From NCBI GenBank assembly GCA_902598305.1, contig CACKBL010000009.1, positions 23,279-87,278 on the forward strand: a stretch of 64,000 nucleotides of DNA. The letters are read 5' to 3'. Positions 32,541 through 41,485 of this stretch are shown here, in pieces (position 1 is the first letter of the stretch; each line of letters opens with the position of its first letter). The notes under the pieces are model-generated. The model worked only from the letters and a program-made list of their open reading frames with translations. It ran no database searches and had not been told where the DNA came from. A program made the position numbers and the translations under genes. This stretch comes from an uncultured Bacteroidota bacterium. GTDB lineage: Bacteria > Bacteroidota > Bacteroidia > Flavobacteriales > Flavobacteriaceae.

Positions 32541-33638
32541 ATGAAAAAACTATTACTTCTTTTAGTATCTATATCACTTATTTCTTTTGGACAGGAAAAT
32601 TCTCAAGAATCAAGTGAAATAATTTTTCACGGAAAAGATTTTTTTAGGCTTGAAGGAACGATAATTGTTGACTCTTTAAAAGAGAACAGATACGATCGCC
32701 TACCTGCCTCCTATAAAGATGTTGTAAGAGAACAAGTATGGGAGTTGTCAAAATCATCCACTGGATTATCAATTCGTTTTATTACTAACTCATCAATAAT
32801 AAAAGTAAAGTGGGAGATTTTGAATAACTTAAAAATGGACCATATGCCTGAAACAGGAATTAAAGGGGTGGATCTATATTTCAGAAATAAAGACAAATGG
32901 CAATATCTAAATACAGGACGCCCCAAAGGAAAATTAAATGAGTATACTCTTGTCGAGAATATGACTTTAGAAGAAAGAGAATATAAAGTCTATCTACCTC
33001 TGTATGATGGAGTAAAGAATATCGAAATTGGAATTGACTCAAGTAGTTTCATAATAGTTCCTGACCGAAATTTAGAAAAACCAATAATATTTTATGGGAC
33101 AAGTATTACTCAAGGGGGTTGTGCATCTCGTCCAGGAATGGCTCACACTAATATTATCAACCGTAAATTGGACAGGGATATAATTAATTTTGGATTCAGC
33201 GGAAATGGCATAATGGAAGAGCCTATAGCAAAACTAATTTCAGAATTTGATGCAAAAATTTATGTAATTGAATGTATGCCAAATATGTTATCTCCACAAA
33301 ATATAACGGAACGCACAATTCCTCTAATTGATACCATAAGAGAGAAAAACCCTAATACTCCAATAATTCTTGTAGACTTATTTAAAGCTACCTTTTCTGT
33401 TTTAAATAATAAAGTTTTTGAATGGGGCAAAGGAATGGATAATGCTTTAAAAATAGAATATCAAAAAATGATTGATAATGGATACAATAACCTTTTCTAT
33501 TTTGAGACTTTAAATGCGTTAGGTGATGATCAAGAGGGAACAGTAGACGGAGTCCATTTTACTGATGTTGGCTTCATAAGATATGCAGATTTTTTAATAG
33601 AAAATTTCAAAGAATTAGGTTTAATAAAACAAGATTGA
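32541..33638 (+). CDS. SGNH/GDSL-family hydrolase (esterase) with an N-terminal beta-sandwich domain, secreted
   Basis: Signal peptide MKKLLLLLVSISLISFGQ. SGNH blocks FYGTSITQGG (Ser), GFSGNG and DGVHFTD (Asp-x-x-His). Confidence 0.8.
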   Translation: MKKLLLLLVSISLISFGQENSQESSEIIFHGKDFFRLEGTIIVDSLKENRYDRLPASYKDVVREQVWELSKSSTGLSIRFITNSSIIKVKWEILNNLKMDHMPETGIKGVDLYFRNKDKWQYLNTGRPKGKLNEYTLVENMTLEEREYKVYLPLYDGVKNIEIGIDSSSFIIVPDRNLEKPIIFYGTSITQGGCASRPGMAHTNIINRKLDRDIINFGFSGNGIMEEPIAKLISEFDAKIYVIECMPNMLSPQNITERTIPLIDTIREKNPNTPIILVDLFKATFSVLNNKVFEWGKGMDNALKIEYQKMIDNGYNNLFYFETLNALGDDQEGTVDGVHFTDVGFIRYADFLIENFKELGLIKQD

Positions 33639-33749
33639 TAAGTTGCAGAAATTAGGATTCTTCACTCTCCTCAAACTCTATATTCCACTCTACAGTATCC
33701 TTTATTCCAAAGAGGGGATATTCTTCATGTTACAAGTTTAATTATTTTT

Positions 33750-33757
33750 TATCTTTG
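33750..33757 (+). promoter_or_regulatory. Candidate -7 promoter box (TAnnTTTG) upstream of the Cys-rich sORF
   Basis: TATCTTTG ends 16 nt before the ATG at 33774. Support is positional only. Confidence 0.35.
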
Positions 33758-33773
33758 AATAAAATAAAATTCT

Positions 33774-33860
33774 ATGTGTAATTGTAGTTGTACCCCTTGT
33801 AAAGAAATAGATTGCTTAGCATGTGTTTGCGATCCTTGTGATTGTTCTTGTGATTGTTGA
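33774..33860 (+). CDS. Candidate 28-aa cysteine-rich peptide (11 Cys; metallothionein-like composition)
   Basis: Hand translation: MCNCSCTPCKEIDCLACVCDPCDCSCDC*. An in-frame TAA lies 9 nt upstream, and the sORF ends 21 nt before the next gene. It is not in the ORF track because it is shorter than 60 aa. Confidence 0.5.
   Translation: MCNCSCTPCKEIDCLACVCDPCDCSCDC
33835..33858 (+). repeat. Perfect 12-nt tandem duplication (CTTGTGATTGTT x2) inside the Cys-rich sORF
   Basis: Read directly: 33835-33846 equals 33847-33858. It encodes the repeated CDC units at the C-terminus. Confidence 0.9.
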
Positions 33861-33881
33861 TTAATTTTTTTAACTAGATGC

Positions 33882-35342
33882 ATGAAAAAATATTTTTTTA
33901 TAATTCTTTCTACCCTTTTGTTATGTTGTAATAATCCAAGCGTTGATTCCGAGAAAAGTAAAGTAGAAAATTTAGATTCTAAAAATTATTCAGATGTCTA
34001 CAAAATGGTTGAAATTTGGTTACAATCAGAGATAGATTACAATAATATCCCAGGCTTTTCGGTTGCTATAATAAATAAAGATAAAATTGATTGGAGTAGG
34101 GCAATTGGAAACGAAAAAAATAAGGATGAAATTTCCATAAATTCTTTATTTAGTATCTGCTCAATATCAAAATTATTTACTTCAATTGGAATTATGCAAT
34201 TAGTAAATGAAGGAAAGATTAATTTAGACGATCCTTTAAAAAAACATCTCCCTTTTTTTGATTTGGTTCAAATATATCCGGAAAGTTCTCCAATAACAAT
34301 TAGGAATATTTTAACCCACTCCTCAGGATTACCAAGAGAGTCAAATCAACCATATTGGTCAAACACTGATTTAATTTTCCCAACGAAAAAAGAGGTTATA
34401 GAAGGACTTTCTAAACAAAAAACCTTATATCCAGCGAACAAATATTTTCAGTACAGTAATTTGGGTCTAACACTTTTAGGATATCTAATTGAGGAGGTAT
34501 CTGGAATTCCATACAATCAATATATTTCAGACAAAATCTTAAATCCTTTAGATATGAATAGTACAAAAACCTTTATGGATAGAAAACAGTACGGCAAAGA
34601 ACTAATAGTTGGATTTGGAGCTGAAAATAGAAAAAGAAATAGGGAAAGTGTTCCTTATTTTAATGCTTTTGGAATTGATCCAGCGGCTGGATTTACATCA
34701 AACACTGTTGATCTAGCAAAATTTGCGATATGGCAGTTAAATTTGTTATCTGGTAAAAATAATTCGGGAGTTCTGCCTAAAGATCTCCTTTCGCAAATGC
34801 ACAAAATTCAATTTATAGATAGTTTAAGTAACGTTAAAAGAGGCCTTGGTTTTAGTATTTATAATCAAAATAACGAAAATCTAGTCGGTCACGGAGGCTC
34901 TTGTCCAGGATATAAAACACAATTAACTATTGATCCTAAAGGTCAAAAGGCAATCATAGTTTTAATTAATGCAAGGGGGGTTACCCCCACAAAATATACA
35001 AGAGGAATTAAAAACCTAATGAATCAACTACGAAAAGGGGATAATAAAAAAGCAAATGTGTTTAGAGAAATTAGTGGCTACTACAAATCTTTACCTTGGA
35101 ATACAGAAAATTATCTTTCTTCTTGGGGAGAAAATATTGCATTAATGTCACTCCCAAGTAATTCTGCAAACATCACAAGGTTCAAACCTGTAGAAAAGGA
35201 TGTGTTTAGAAGAATACTCAAAAACGATAGTCTAGGTGAGTATTTATATATCATAAGAGATGAAAAAAATAATATTTCTGGATTTAAAAGACATCAAAAT
35301 ATTTATAATTTTTATGGCAAAGAAGCCTCTGATTTGAATTAG
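33882..35342 (+). CDS. Beta-lactamase-family serine hydrolase (class C/PBP4*-like), lipoprotein or secreted
   Basis: S-x-x-K block FSICSISKLFT, YSN block FQYSNLG and an HGG block VGHGGSCPGY. Signal with LLCC. Confidence 0.85.
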   Translation: MKKYFFIILSTLLLCCNNPSVDSEKSKVENLDSKNYSDVYKMVEIWLQSEIDYNNIPGFSVAIINKDKIDWSRAIGNEKNKDEISINSLFSICSISKLFTSIGIMQLVNEGKINLDDPLKKHLPFFDLVQIYPESSPITIRNILTHSSGLPRESNQPYWSNTDLIFPTKKEVIEGLSKQKTLYPANKYFQYSNLGLTLLGYLIEEVSGIPYNQYISDKILNPLDMNSTKTFMDRKQYGKELIVGFGAENRKRNRESVPYFNAFGIDPAAGFTSNTVDLAKFAIWQLNLLSGKNNSGVLPKDLLSQMHKIQFIDSLSNVKRGLGFSIYNQNNENLVGHGGSCPGYKTQLTIDPKGQKAIIVLINARGVTPTKYTRGIKNLMNQLRKGDNKKANVFREISGYYKSLPWNTENYLSSWGENIALMSLPSNSANITRFKPVEKDVFRRILKNDSLGEYLYIIRDEKNNISGFKRHQNIYNFYGKEASDLN

Positions 35343-35390
35343 GTTGAGATTTTTTATCTTTATTATAACATAATCATAAATCAAATCAAA

Positions 35391-36170
35391 ATGAAAAAAT
35401 TATTTTATTTTATTTTATTATTTCCCTTCGTTGGTTTTTCACAGTATGTGGATATGTGGCATTTCTCTGTTCCATATAATGAAACTAATATATATGAGGC
35501 ATCAGAAAAAGAGTGGTTTGCGAAAGTAATGTCAAAAGCAGCGAAGGAAGGATTAATTAGAGGTTGGGGAATGAGTAGGAGAGTCGGCAAAGAAGAAACT
35601 AATGTTAGCTATATAACTTGGATTTCATTTGGTGACTTGAACTCAAGAAAAGAAGCATACAATTCAATAGGTAAATTTTTTAATCAAACCTCTAAAGAAT
35701 TATACACTCCTAGGCTGAGCGAAATTGGAAGAGAGAAGTGGGGGTCATATGTTGTAGGAAACAGCAATCTTTATTTTGATGAGTTTTTGTCAGCCCCGGA
35801 AGGTGTAAAAATAAAATATTCTGTACACAACTTGGCCATGTCAAACAACCCAAAAAATTTCAGCACCCAGCAAAAGGCCATCTGGCTACCTTTTTTTAAA
35901 AAACTTTTAAAGTCTAAAAGCACAAACCAAAAAAGTTGGGGAGTAGCTAGAAGAATTAATCCTCGAGGGAAAAAGCATAATTGGAATGTTATGACTGTTG
36001 ATGGATACGAAAGCATAGACGACATTTTCCAATCAATAAATTCTACTATTCCTGGCATATCTAAATTAAATATCGAACCAATATCTAAATCTTTCCCAGA
36101 AGGATGGTATGAACAAATAATTTGGGAAAATATTATAAGGGTCAATAGCAAAGGTCAAATAATAGAGTAA
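35391..36170 (+). CDS. Hypothetical secreted protein
   Basis: Signal peptide MKKLFYFILLFPFVGFSQ. 259-aa ORF with no motif recognised. Confidence 0.55.
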   Translation: MKKLFYFILLFPFVGFSQYVDMWHFSVPYNETNIYEASEKEWFAKVMSKAAKEGLIRGWGMSRRVGKEETNVSYITWISFGDLNSRKEAYNSIGKFFNQTSKELYTPRLSEIGREKWGSYVVGNSNLYFDEFLSAPEGVKIKYSVHNLAMSNNPKNFSTQQKAIWLPFFKKLLKSKSTNQKSWGVARRINPRGKKHNWNVMTVDGYESIDDIFQSINSTIPGISKLNIEPISKSFPEGWYEQIIWENIIRVNSKGQIIE

Positions 36171-36177
36171 CCTAAAA

Positions 36178-36360
36178 ATGAATAAGGAAAAATATGCTAA
36201 ATGGTTATCAATAACAGCAATTATTCTGTCAGTATTATTAACATCACTTGGTCTGTATACAATTTTTATGGATAATGATTTTTTAATGGGATTTATATAT
36301 CTCTCTCTAGGATTTAGTATCAGTGTAAATGACTGGATTAAAATTTTTAAGAGTAAATAA
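36178..36360 (+). CDS. Small two-TM membrane protein (60 aa)
   Basis: Two hydrophobic segments (LSITAIILSVLLTSLGLYTIF and LMGFIYLSLGFSISV). Starts 8 nt after the upstream stop. Confidence 0.4.
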   Translation: MNKEKYAKWLSITAIILSVLLTSLGLYTIFMDNDFLMGFIYLSLGFSISVNDWIKIFKSK

Positions 36361-36474
36361 CCGTCATTATTAAATATTTTTCATTTGGAGGGTTTTTGTT
36401 TTAGTTATAGATAATTTAATTAAGTTGATATACTTCTTTGTATATTGAATGATATTAATCGCAAATAAATTGTA

Positions 36475-37005
36475 ATGAAAAAAATATTTATCGTTGTTGT
36501 TGCTCTATTTATTTTATCTACTACAAGTTGTAATGAAAGTAAAATAGTCAAGGTTGATGATTCATTAAATAAGGAAATATTTAATAAAAATGTTTCGATT
36601 TTCAATACGGCAATAGATGCTTTCGTAAATGAAGATAAAGTTATGTTTATGAACAACTTTGCTGATTCTTTAAAATGGTCTGGACCAGATAAAAAAACAA
36701 GTGATGAGTTTGATTCGAAAGAAGATCTTGCTACCGCAATTAGTGCATATATGGAAATATATGACAATCATGCATTAAAAAACACCACATTTTATGGAGG
36801 AAGTGTTTATTCTACTGATAAACCAAATTCTGACCCCAATACAGGTATTAGAGTTTATGGTGATTGGTATCACAAGCACACAGAAACTGGTAAGGAAGTA
36901 AGTCATAAATGGATGGCATTAGTTTGGTTTAATGAGGCGGGTAAGATTTATGAATTTAGAGATTTTTTTGATGTAAATGGATTTTTAAAGCAACATGTCC
37001 AATAA
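36475..37005 (+). CDS. NTF2/SnoaL-like lipoprotein
   Basis: Lipoprotein signal ALFILSTTSC, with a size and pattern resembling SnoaL-like polyketide-cyclase-fold proteins. Chosen over the overlapping minus-strand ORF 36420..36767. Confidence 0.55.
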   Translation: MKKIFIVVVALFILSTTSCNESKIVKVDDSLNKEIFNKNVSIFNTAIDAFVNEDKVMFMNNFADSLKWSGPDKKTSDEFDSKEDLATAISAYMEIYDNHALKNTTFYGGSVYSTDKPNSDPNTGIRVYGDWYHKHTETGKEVSHKWMALVWFNEAGKIYEFRDFFDVNGFLKQHVQ

Positions 37006-37056
37006 TAGTCTCCAACATAAATCTTTCTGAAATCACATAATAGTTAATTAAAAATA

Positions 37057-38256
37057 ATGAGGAAAATCTTAATCATCTCTCTTTTTGTCTTAATTCAAAA
37101 TTATCTAGCATATTCTCAATTTGAAGCTGTAAAAAATTTTCAAAAAGAAATAATAAAAAAAGAGATAACTGGAAGTAATGTAGTAATGATTTTTAAAGAT
37201 GGTAAAGTTGTTTTTTTTAATGCAGAAAATTCCAATTTGATTGGAGATAAGAAAATAAATAATCAAAGCTATAAGCCCTACCAAGAAACATTGTTTCCTA
37301 TTTGGTCAATGTCAAAACCAATTACAGTAGTGAGTATTATGATTTTGGTTGAAAAAGGACTTATTAAACTTGATGACAATGTCTCAAAATATTTACCAGA
37401 ATTTTCTCAAATTTATTGTAAAGGAAACTCAGGGAAATATTTATGTAAAAAACCTTTAAAAATTATTCATCTTTTAACTCATCGTTCCGGATTTGGTTAT
37501 TATAGTCATAAGGGCTATGGTTATGGCTTGACAAGTACTATTAAGTATGATAATTTAAATGATTTTTCTAAAGATTTATCAAAAGTGGTTTTAGAATTTG
37601 AACCGGGTGAAAAATATTATTATGGAGTTAATCAGGCTTTACTTGGCAGGGTTGTGGAGGTTGTTTCCAAAAGGAATTTTTATGAATTTTTAAAGGAAGA
37701 AATTTTTGGACCTCTTGAAATGAGCGAAACTAAATTTTATTTAACACAAGATGACCGTTCTCGTTTTCAGCCGTTATATATAAATTTTGGAACTATTAAG
37801 GGTTTTACTACCGAACTTGATGAATTAACATACGAAGAAAGTAATGCTGCTTATTTTGGAGGAGAGGGATTAATATCTACAATGAATGATTATTCAAATT
37901 TTTGTTTAATGCTTTTAAATGGAGGAATTTATAAAGGTAAAAGGATTATATCGGAGAGAAGCATTGGGATAATGACCAAAAAATATTCATCCTCTTACCC
38001 AGAGGAGGAATTTGCCGACACAAGAAAACTTGGATTTAATTACGGTTTTTCAATGTTTGTTCTTGATGACCCTATAGTTGATGGAACAGGAAGCACAAAA
38101 GGAATTTATGGATGGAGCGGATACCATGGAACTCATTTTTGGATTGATCCAATAAAAAAAATGTTTGGTTTATTTATGTCTAGACATAGGCAAAATATAT
38201 CAAACATAGACATTCAAAAAGAGCTTAGAAAAATAATCTATAAAAACACAAATTAA
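37057..38256 (+). CDS. Beta-lactamase-family serine hydrolase, secreted
   Basis: S-x-x-K block PIWSMSKPIT, LLTHRSG, and GWSGYHGTHFWIDP near the C-terminus. Confidence 0.85.
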   Translation: MRKILIISLFVLIQNYLAYSQFEAVKNFQKEIIKKEITGSNVVMIFKDGKVVFFNAENSNLIGDKKINNQSYKPYQETLFPIWSMSKPITVVSIMILVEKGLIKLDDNVSKYLPEFSQIYCKGNSGKYLCKKPLKIIHLLTHRSGFGYYSHKGYGYGLTSTIKYDNLNDFSKDLSKVVLEFEPGEKYYYGVNQALLGRVVEVVSKRNFYEFLKEEIFGPLEMSETKFYLTQDDRSRFQPLYINFGTIKGFTTELDELTYEESNAAYFGGEGLISTMNDYSNFCLMLLNGGIYKGKRIISERSIGIMTKKYSSSYPEEEFADTRKLGFNYGFSMFVLDDPIVDGTGSTKGIYGWSGYHGTHFWIDPIKKMFGLFMSRHRQNISNIDIQKELRKIIYKNTN

Positions 38257-38470
38257 ATTTAGGGAAACCTTGCTATATAAGTGTATTTTTTACATTATAA
38301 CAAAAAAAATCAATAATTTTTAACAATTTCTAAGTTTTAACATCAAAAGATTAAACAAAACGTAAAAAAATAGCTGTTAATTAATTGTTAATTTGAATTA
38401 AATCTTTAATTTTAGGGCATATTAGAGTTTGAAAAAACAAAAATTAATAAATTAATCAAATCGAAATTAT

Positions 38471-41449
38471 ATGAAAAAAAATGTAATGAAGAGTATTCTC
38501 TCTGTACTAGCCTTTTTGGTTTCAGTGGGAATTTATGCTCAGTCTGTTTCTGGACTTGTTACTAGTGAGGATGGTCCCCTACCAGGGGCAACTGTTCTTG
38601 TAAAAGGAACGAGTGAAGGAACTACGACTGATTTTGACGGAAATTTTACAATAAATGCTGGAGCAGATGATGTTCTTGTGGTATCATTTGTAGGATTTGT
38701 TTCACAAGAAGTTTCTGTTGCAGGACAAGATAACATAACAATTAATCTTGTTTCTGACAGTGAACTTGATGAAGTTATTGTAACTGGTTATGGTTCTCAA
38801 AATGAGAGAGAAATTACCTCAGCTACAGTAAATGTAAATGCTGAAGATTTTAACCAAGGGCCTATCAATGATCCAATTCAGTTACTTCAAGGTAAGGTCG
38901 CTGGTTTGACTATTTATAAACCAGGGGGTAATCCAAACGAATCACCTACTATTAGAATTAGAGGTCTTTCAACACTTGGTGCCAATACTTCCCCACTTGT
39001 TGTAATAGACGGAATTCCAGGTGCAACACTTGCCAGTATTGATCCTAATGATATTGAGTCTATGACCGTTCTGAAGGATGGTTCAGGTGCTGCTATCTAT
39101 GGTACAAGGGGATCCAGTGGTGTGATACTTATCACTTCTAAGAAAGGTAAATCTGGACCTATGCAGGTTAATTACAACACAAGTTTTGCACAAAGTTCAA
39201 TTGCTCAAAGAATTCCAGTGTTATCTGCGCAAGAATTTCTTGACAACGGTGGTACTCAACTTGGAACTCAAACTGATTGGGTAGATGCAATTACTAGAAA
39301 TGGAAGTAATGTTATCCACAACTTTTCAGTTGCTGGTGGTGGAGAGAAAAGTACATATAGAATGTCTGCCAATTTGAGAAAATCTGAAGGAATATTAAAT
39401 AGAACTGGATTTGATCAAATGAATACAAGAGCAGCACTTAGTACAAAAGCTCTTAATGACAAGTTAGATATTACTTTTAATATGGCTTACACGAAATTTG
39501 ATCGTGATTTAGGAGATGAAAGAGCTTTTGAATTTGCTCAATTTTATAATCCTACTGCACCAATCTACGCTGCAGATCCACTTGCTAAATATAAAGTTGA
39601 TCCAGTACAATTTGGTGGATATTTTGAACAGTTAGGTCTTTTTAGAAGTTATAATCCAGTTGCGATTATTGAGCAAACAAGAAATACAAGAGTTTCGACA
39701 GATTTTATTTATAATGTTGCAGCTACATACAATGTAACTGATAAGTTTGAAGTTACAGCAGTTGTATCTGAGCAAAGAACATCTTCTAATGATCAGCTCT
39801 ACAGACCAACTACGTTGTGGTTTGAAGGAAATGCAACTAGTCCGACTCGAAAAGGACTAGCTGACCACGCTAGTTTTAACTTTTCTTCTAAAGTTTTTGA
39901 ATACTATGGAAGATATAATATGGATTTAGGCTCTTCTAATTTGAATGTGACTGCTGGTTATTCTTACAACCAGTTTAACTCAAGAGGAACTCAGTTTTCT
40001 CTAGGTGATTTCCCAGATAATTCAATTGACTGGTCTAATGCAATTGGTGCATCTCAAGATTTATTAAATTCAGGTTTTATTGGTGCAAACAGTTACGCAT
40101 CTCCTGATGATAAAATCATCGGTATGTTTGCTCGGGCTAACCTTGTTATTAACAACAAGTATTTTGTTAATGCATCACTTAGAAGAGAAGGTTCGTCTAG
40201 ATTTGGTGCTGATCAAAGATGGGGGGTTTTCCCAAGTTTTGGTATTGGTGCTGATTTAAATGAGATTCTTGGCTTAGGATTAAGAAAGTTTAAAGTAAGA
40301 GCTAGTACTGCTACAACTGGAGCATTACCAGCAACTACTGGTTTAACAGCTCAAGCTAGAACATTCGTTTATGATGGAGGAGGTTCTGCTGGTGGTTCGA
40401 CTGTACTTAGTAGAGCTGCAAACGCTGATTTAAAGTGGGAAGAGAAAAATGAGTTTAATTTCGGAATAGAATATGAAACTGGAAAATTAGCTATAGACTT
40501 CGACGTTTACAACAGAGTAATAAAAGACTTTATTCTTGACAGACAAGTTGATGTTACCGTATTTGGTGTTGACAGAAGATTTGAGAATTCTGGACAGGTT
40601 ACATCTAAGGGTTGGGAATTAAAAGCTGAGTATGATGTAATCGATAATGACAAATTAAGTTATAATACTGGTTTGGCTTTTTGGAACAACAAAGTTATTC
40701 TAGATGAATACGTTCTTGACAGAGCTCAGTATGGATTCTTAGGTTCTCCAGGACAAAATGCTGTTACGATGGTAAAAGTTCAAGTTGGAGAAGAATTAGG
40801 TCAAATTTTTGCACCTGTGTTTGTAGGTGTAAATGCTGACGGTTCCCCACAATTTAAGGACGTCAACGGTGACGGTACACTAAATACCGATTCAGGAAAC
40901 GTACTTCAAGATAATTATGATGGTGAGGTTATTGGTAATGCATATCCGACTCTTGAAATGTCGTGGTCAAATAATGTGAATTTTGGAAATGGATGGTCTT
41001 TAAATGCCTTCTTCAGAGGAGCGTTTGGACACAGTCTAATTAATACATTTAGAGCCTTCTATGAGCCTAACGTCCCATCTCAGACATCTTACAACCAAAT
41101 GAACACATCTCTTAGAGAGCCAAACTTGGCAGTTGCCCAGTATAGTTCGTTATATGTAGAAAAAGCTGATTTTTTCTTACTTGACAACTTAACACTCTCT
41201 AAGCAAATAATAATGCCGGAGGGTAGCGGTATTAAAGATTTAACAGTATCTTTGAATGCGCTAAGACCTTTTGTGATAACCAATTACACAGGTACGGATC
41301 CTTCTCCTGAGCTTTTTGATGCTCTAGGTGGTGGTGAAGAAGGAAATGCTGCTTCTGGTGGAGCCGCACTACTTGCGCCTGGTATTGACAGAAGAGCGGA
41401 TTACTTCGCGAGTAAGACATTTTCTGTTGGATTAAGTGTTAACTTTTAA
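38471..41449 (+). CDS. SusC/RagA-family TonB-dependent outer-membrane transporter
   Basis: Signal peptide; CarboxypepD_reg-like N-domain (VSGLVTSEDGPLPGATVLVKGTSEGTTTDFDGNF); TonB-box-like DEVIVTGYG; plug (IESMTVLKDGSGAAIYGTRGSSGVILITSKKG); long barrel ending ...VGLSVNF. Confidence 0.9.
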   Translation: MKKNVMKSILSVLAFLVSVGIYAQSVSGLVTSEDGPLPGATVLVKGTSEGTTTDFDGNFTINAGADDVLVVSFVGFVSQEVSVAGQDNITINLVSDSELDEVIVTGYGSQNEREITSATVNVNAEDFNQGPINDPIQLLQGKVAGLTIYKPGGNPNESPTIRIRGLSTLGANTSPLVVIDGIPGATLASIDPNDIESMTVLKDGSGAAIYGTRGSSGVILITSKKGKSGPMQVNYNTSFAQSSIAQRIPVLSAQEFLDNGGTQLGTQTDWVDAITRNGSNVIHNFSVAGGGEKSTYRMSANLRKSEGILNRTGFDQMNTRAALSTKALNDKLDITFNMAYTKFDRDLGDERAFEFAQFYNPTAPIYAADPLAKYKVDPVQFGGYFEQLGLFRSYNPVAIIEQTRNTRVSTDFIYNVAATYNVTDKFEVTAVVSEQRTSSNDQLYRPTTLWFEGNATSPTRKGLADHASFNFSSKVFEYYGRYNMDLGSSNLNVTAGYSYNQFNSRGTQFSLGDFPDNSIDWSNAIGASQDLLNSGFIGANSYASPDDKIIGMFARANLVINNKYFVNASLRREGSSRFGADQRWGVFPSFGIGADLNEILGLGLRKFKVRASTATTGALPATTGLTAQARTFVYDGGGSAGGSTVLSRAANADLKWEEKNEFNFGIEYETGKLAIDFDVYNRVIKDFILDRQVDVTVFGVDRRFENSGQVTSKGWELKAEYDVIDNDKLSYNTGLAFWNNKVILDEYVLDRAQYGFLGSPGQNAVTMVKVQVGEELGQIFAPVFVGVNADGSPQFKDVNGDGTLNTDSGNVLQDNYDGEVIGNAYPTLEMSWSNNVNFGNGWSLNAFFRGAFGHSLINTFRAFYEPNVPSQTSYNQMNTSLREPNLAVAQYSSLYVEKADFFLLDNLTLSKQIIMPEGSGIKDLTVSLNALRPFVITNYTGTDPSPELFDALGGGEEGNAASGGAALLAPGIDRRADYFASKTFSVGLSVNF

Positions 41450-41485
41450 TTGATGGAGATTATTAATAATTTAAAAATGATAAAA

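Noticed and set aside
33774-33881. The idea that the Cys-rich sORF is a Cys-sensing leader peptide of a transcription attenuator, analogous to hisL or trpL.
   Set aside because: I could not find alternative terminator/antiterminator hairpins in the 21-nt gap. The downstream gene is a secreted serine hydrolase, not a cysteine-biosynthesis gene. It is kept only as a minor alternative in the finding.
35771-36151. 126-aa minus-strand ORF inside 35391..36170.
   Set aside because: It lies entirely within a longer plus-strand ORF that has a signal peptide. It is treated as an antisense shadow.
35391-36170. A possible internal duplication, with two halves of about 110 aa each containing a ...W......K...GWG..RR... 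pattern.
   Set aside because: The similarity is weak by eye and I cannot align it rigorously here. I am not confident enough to report it.
36420-36767. 115-aa minus-strand ORF overlapping the start of 36475..37005.
   Set aside because: The plus-strand ORF has a clean lipoprotein signal and an NTF2-like pattern, and fits the all-plus-strand gene order. The minus-strand translation is low-complexity with no signal.
31442-38470. A tRNA-His-associated integrative island or prophage remnant.
   Set aside because: There is no integrase, recombinase, transposase or phage gene. I found no direct repeat of the tRNA-His 3' end at the distal boundary (38257-38470). It is reported only as an accessory-looking patch.
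38257-38470. Looked for a canonical TAnnTTTG -7 box, a riboswitch or a regulator-binding palindrome upstream of the first SusC gene.
   Set aside because: Only near-matches were found (TAGAGTTTG with a 3-nt spacer, and TAATTTG). The region is extremely AT-rich, so any call would be arbitrary.
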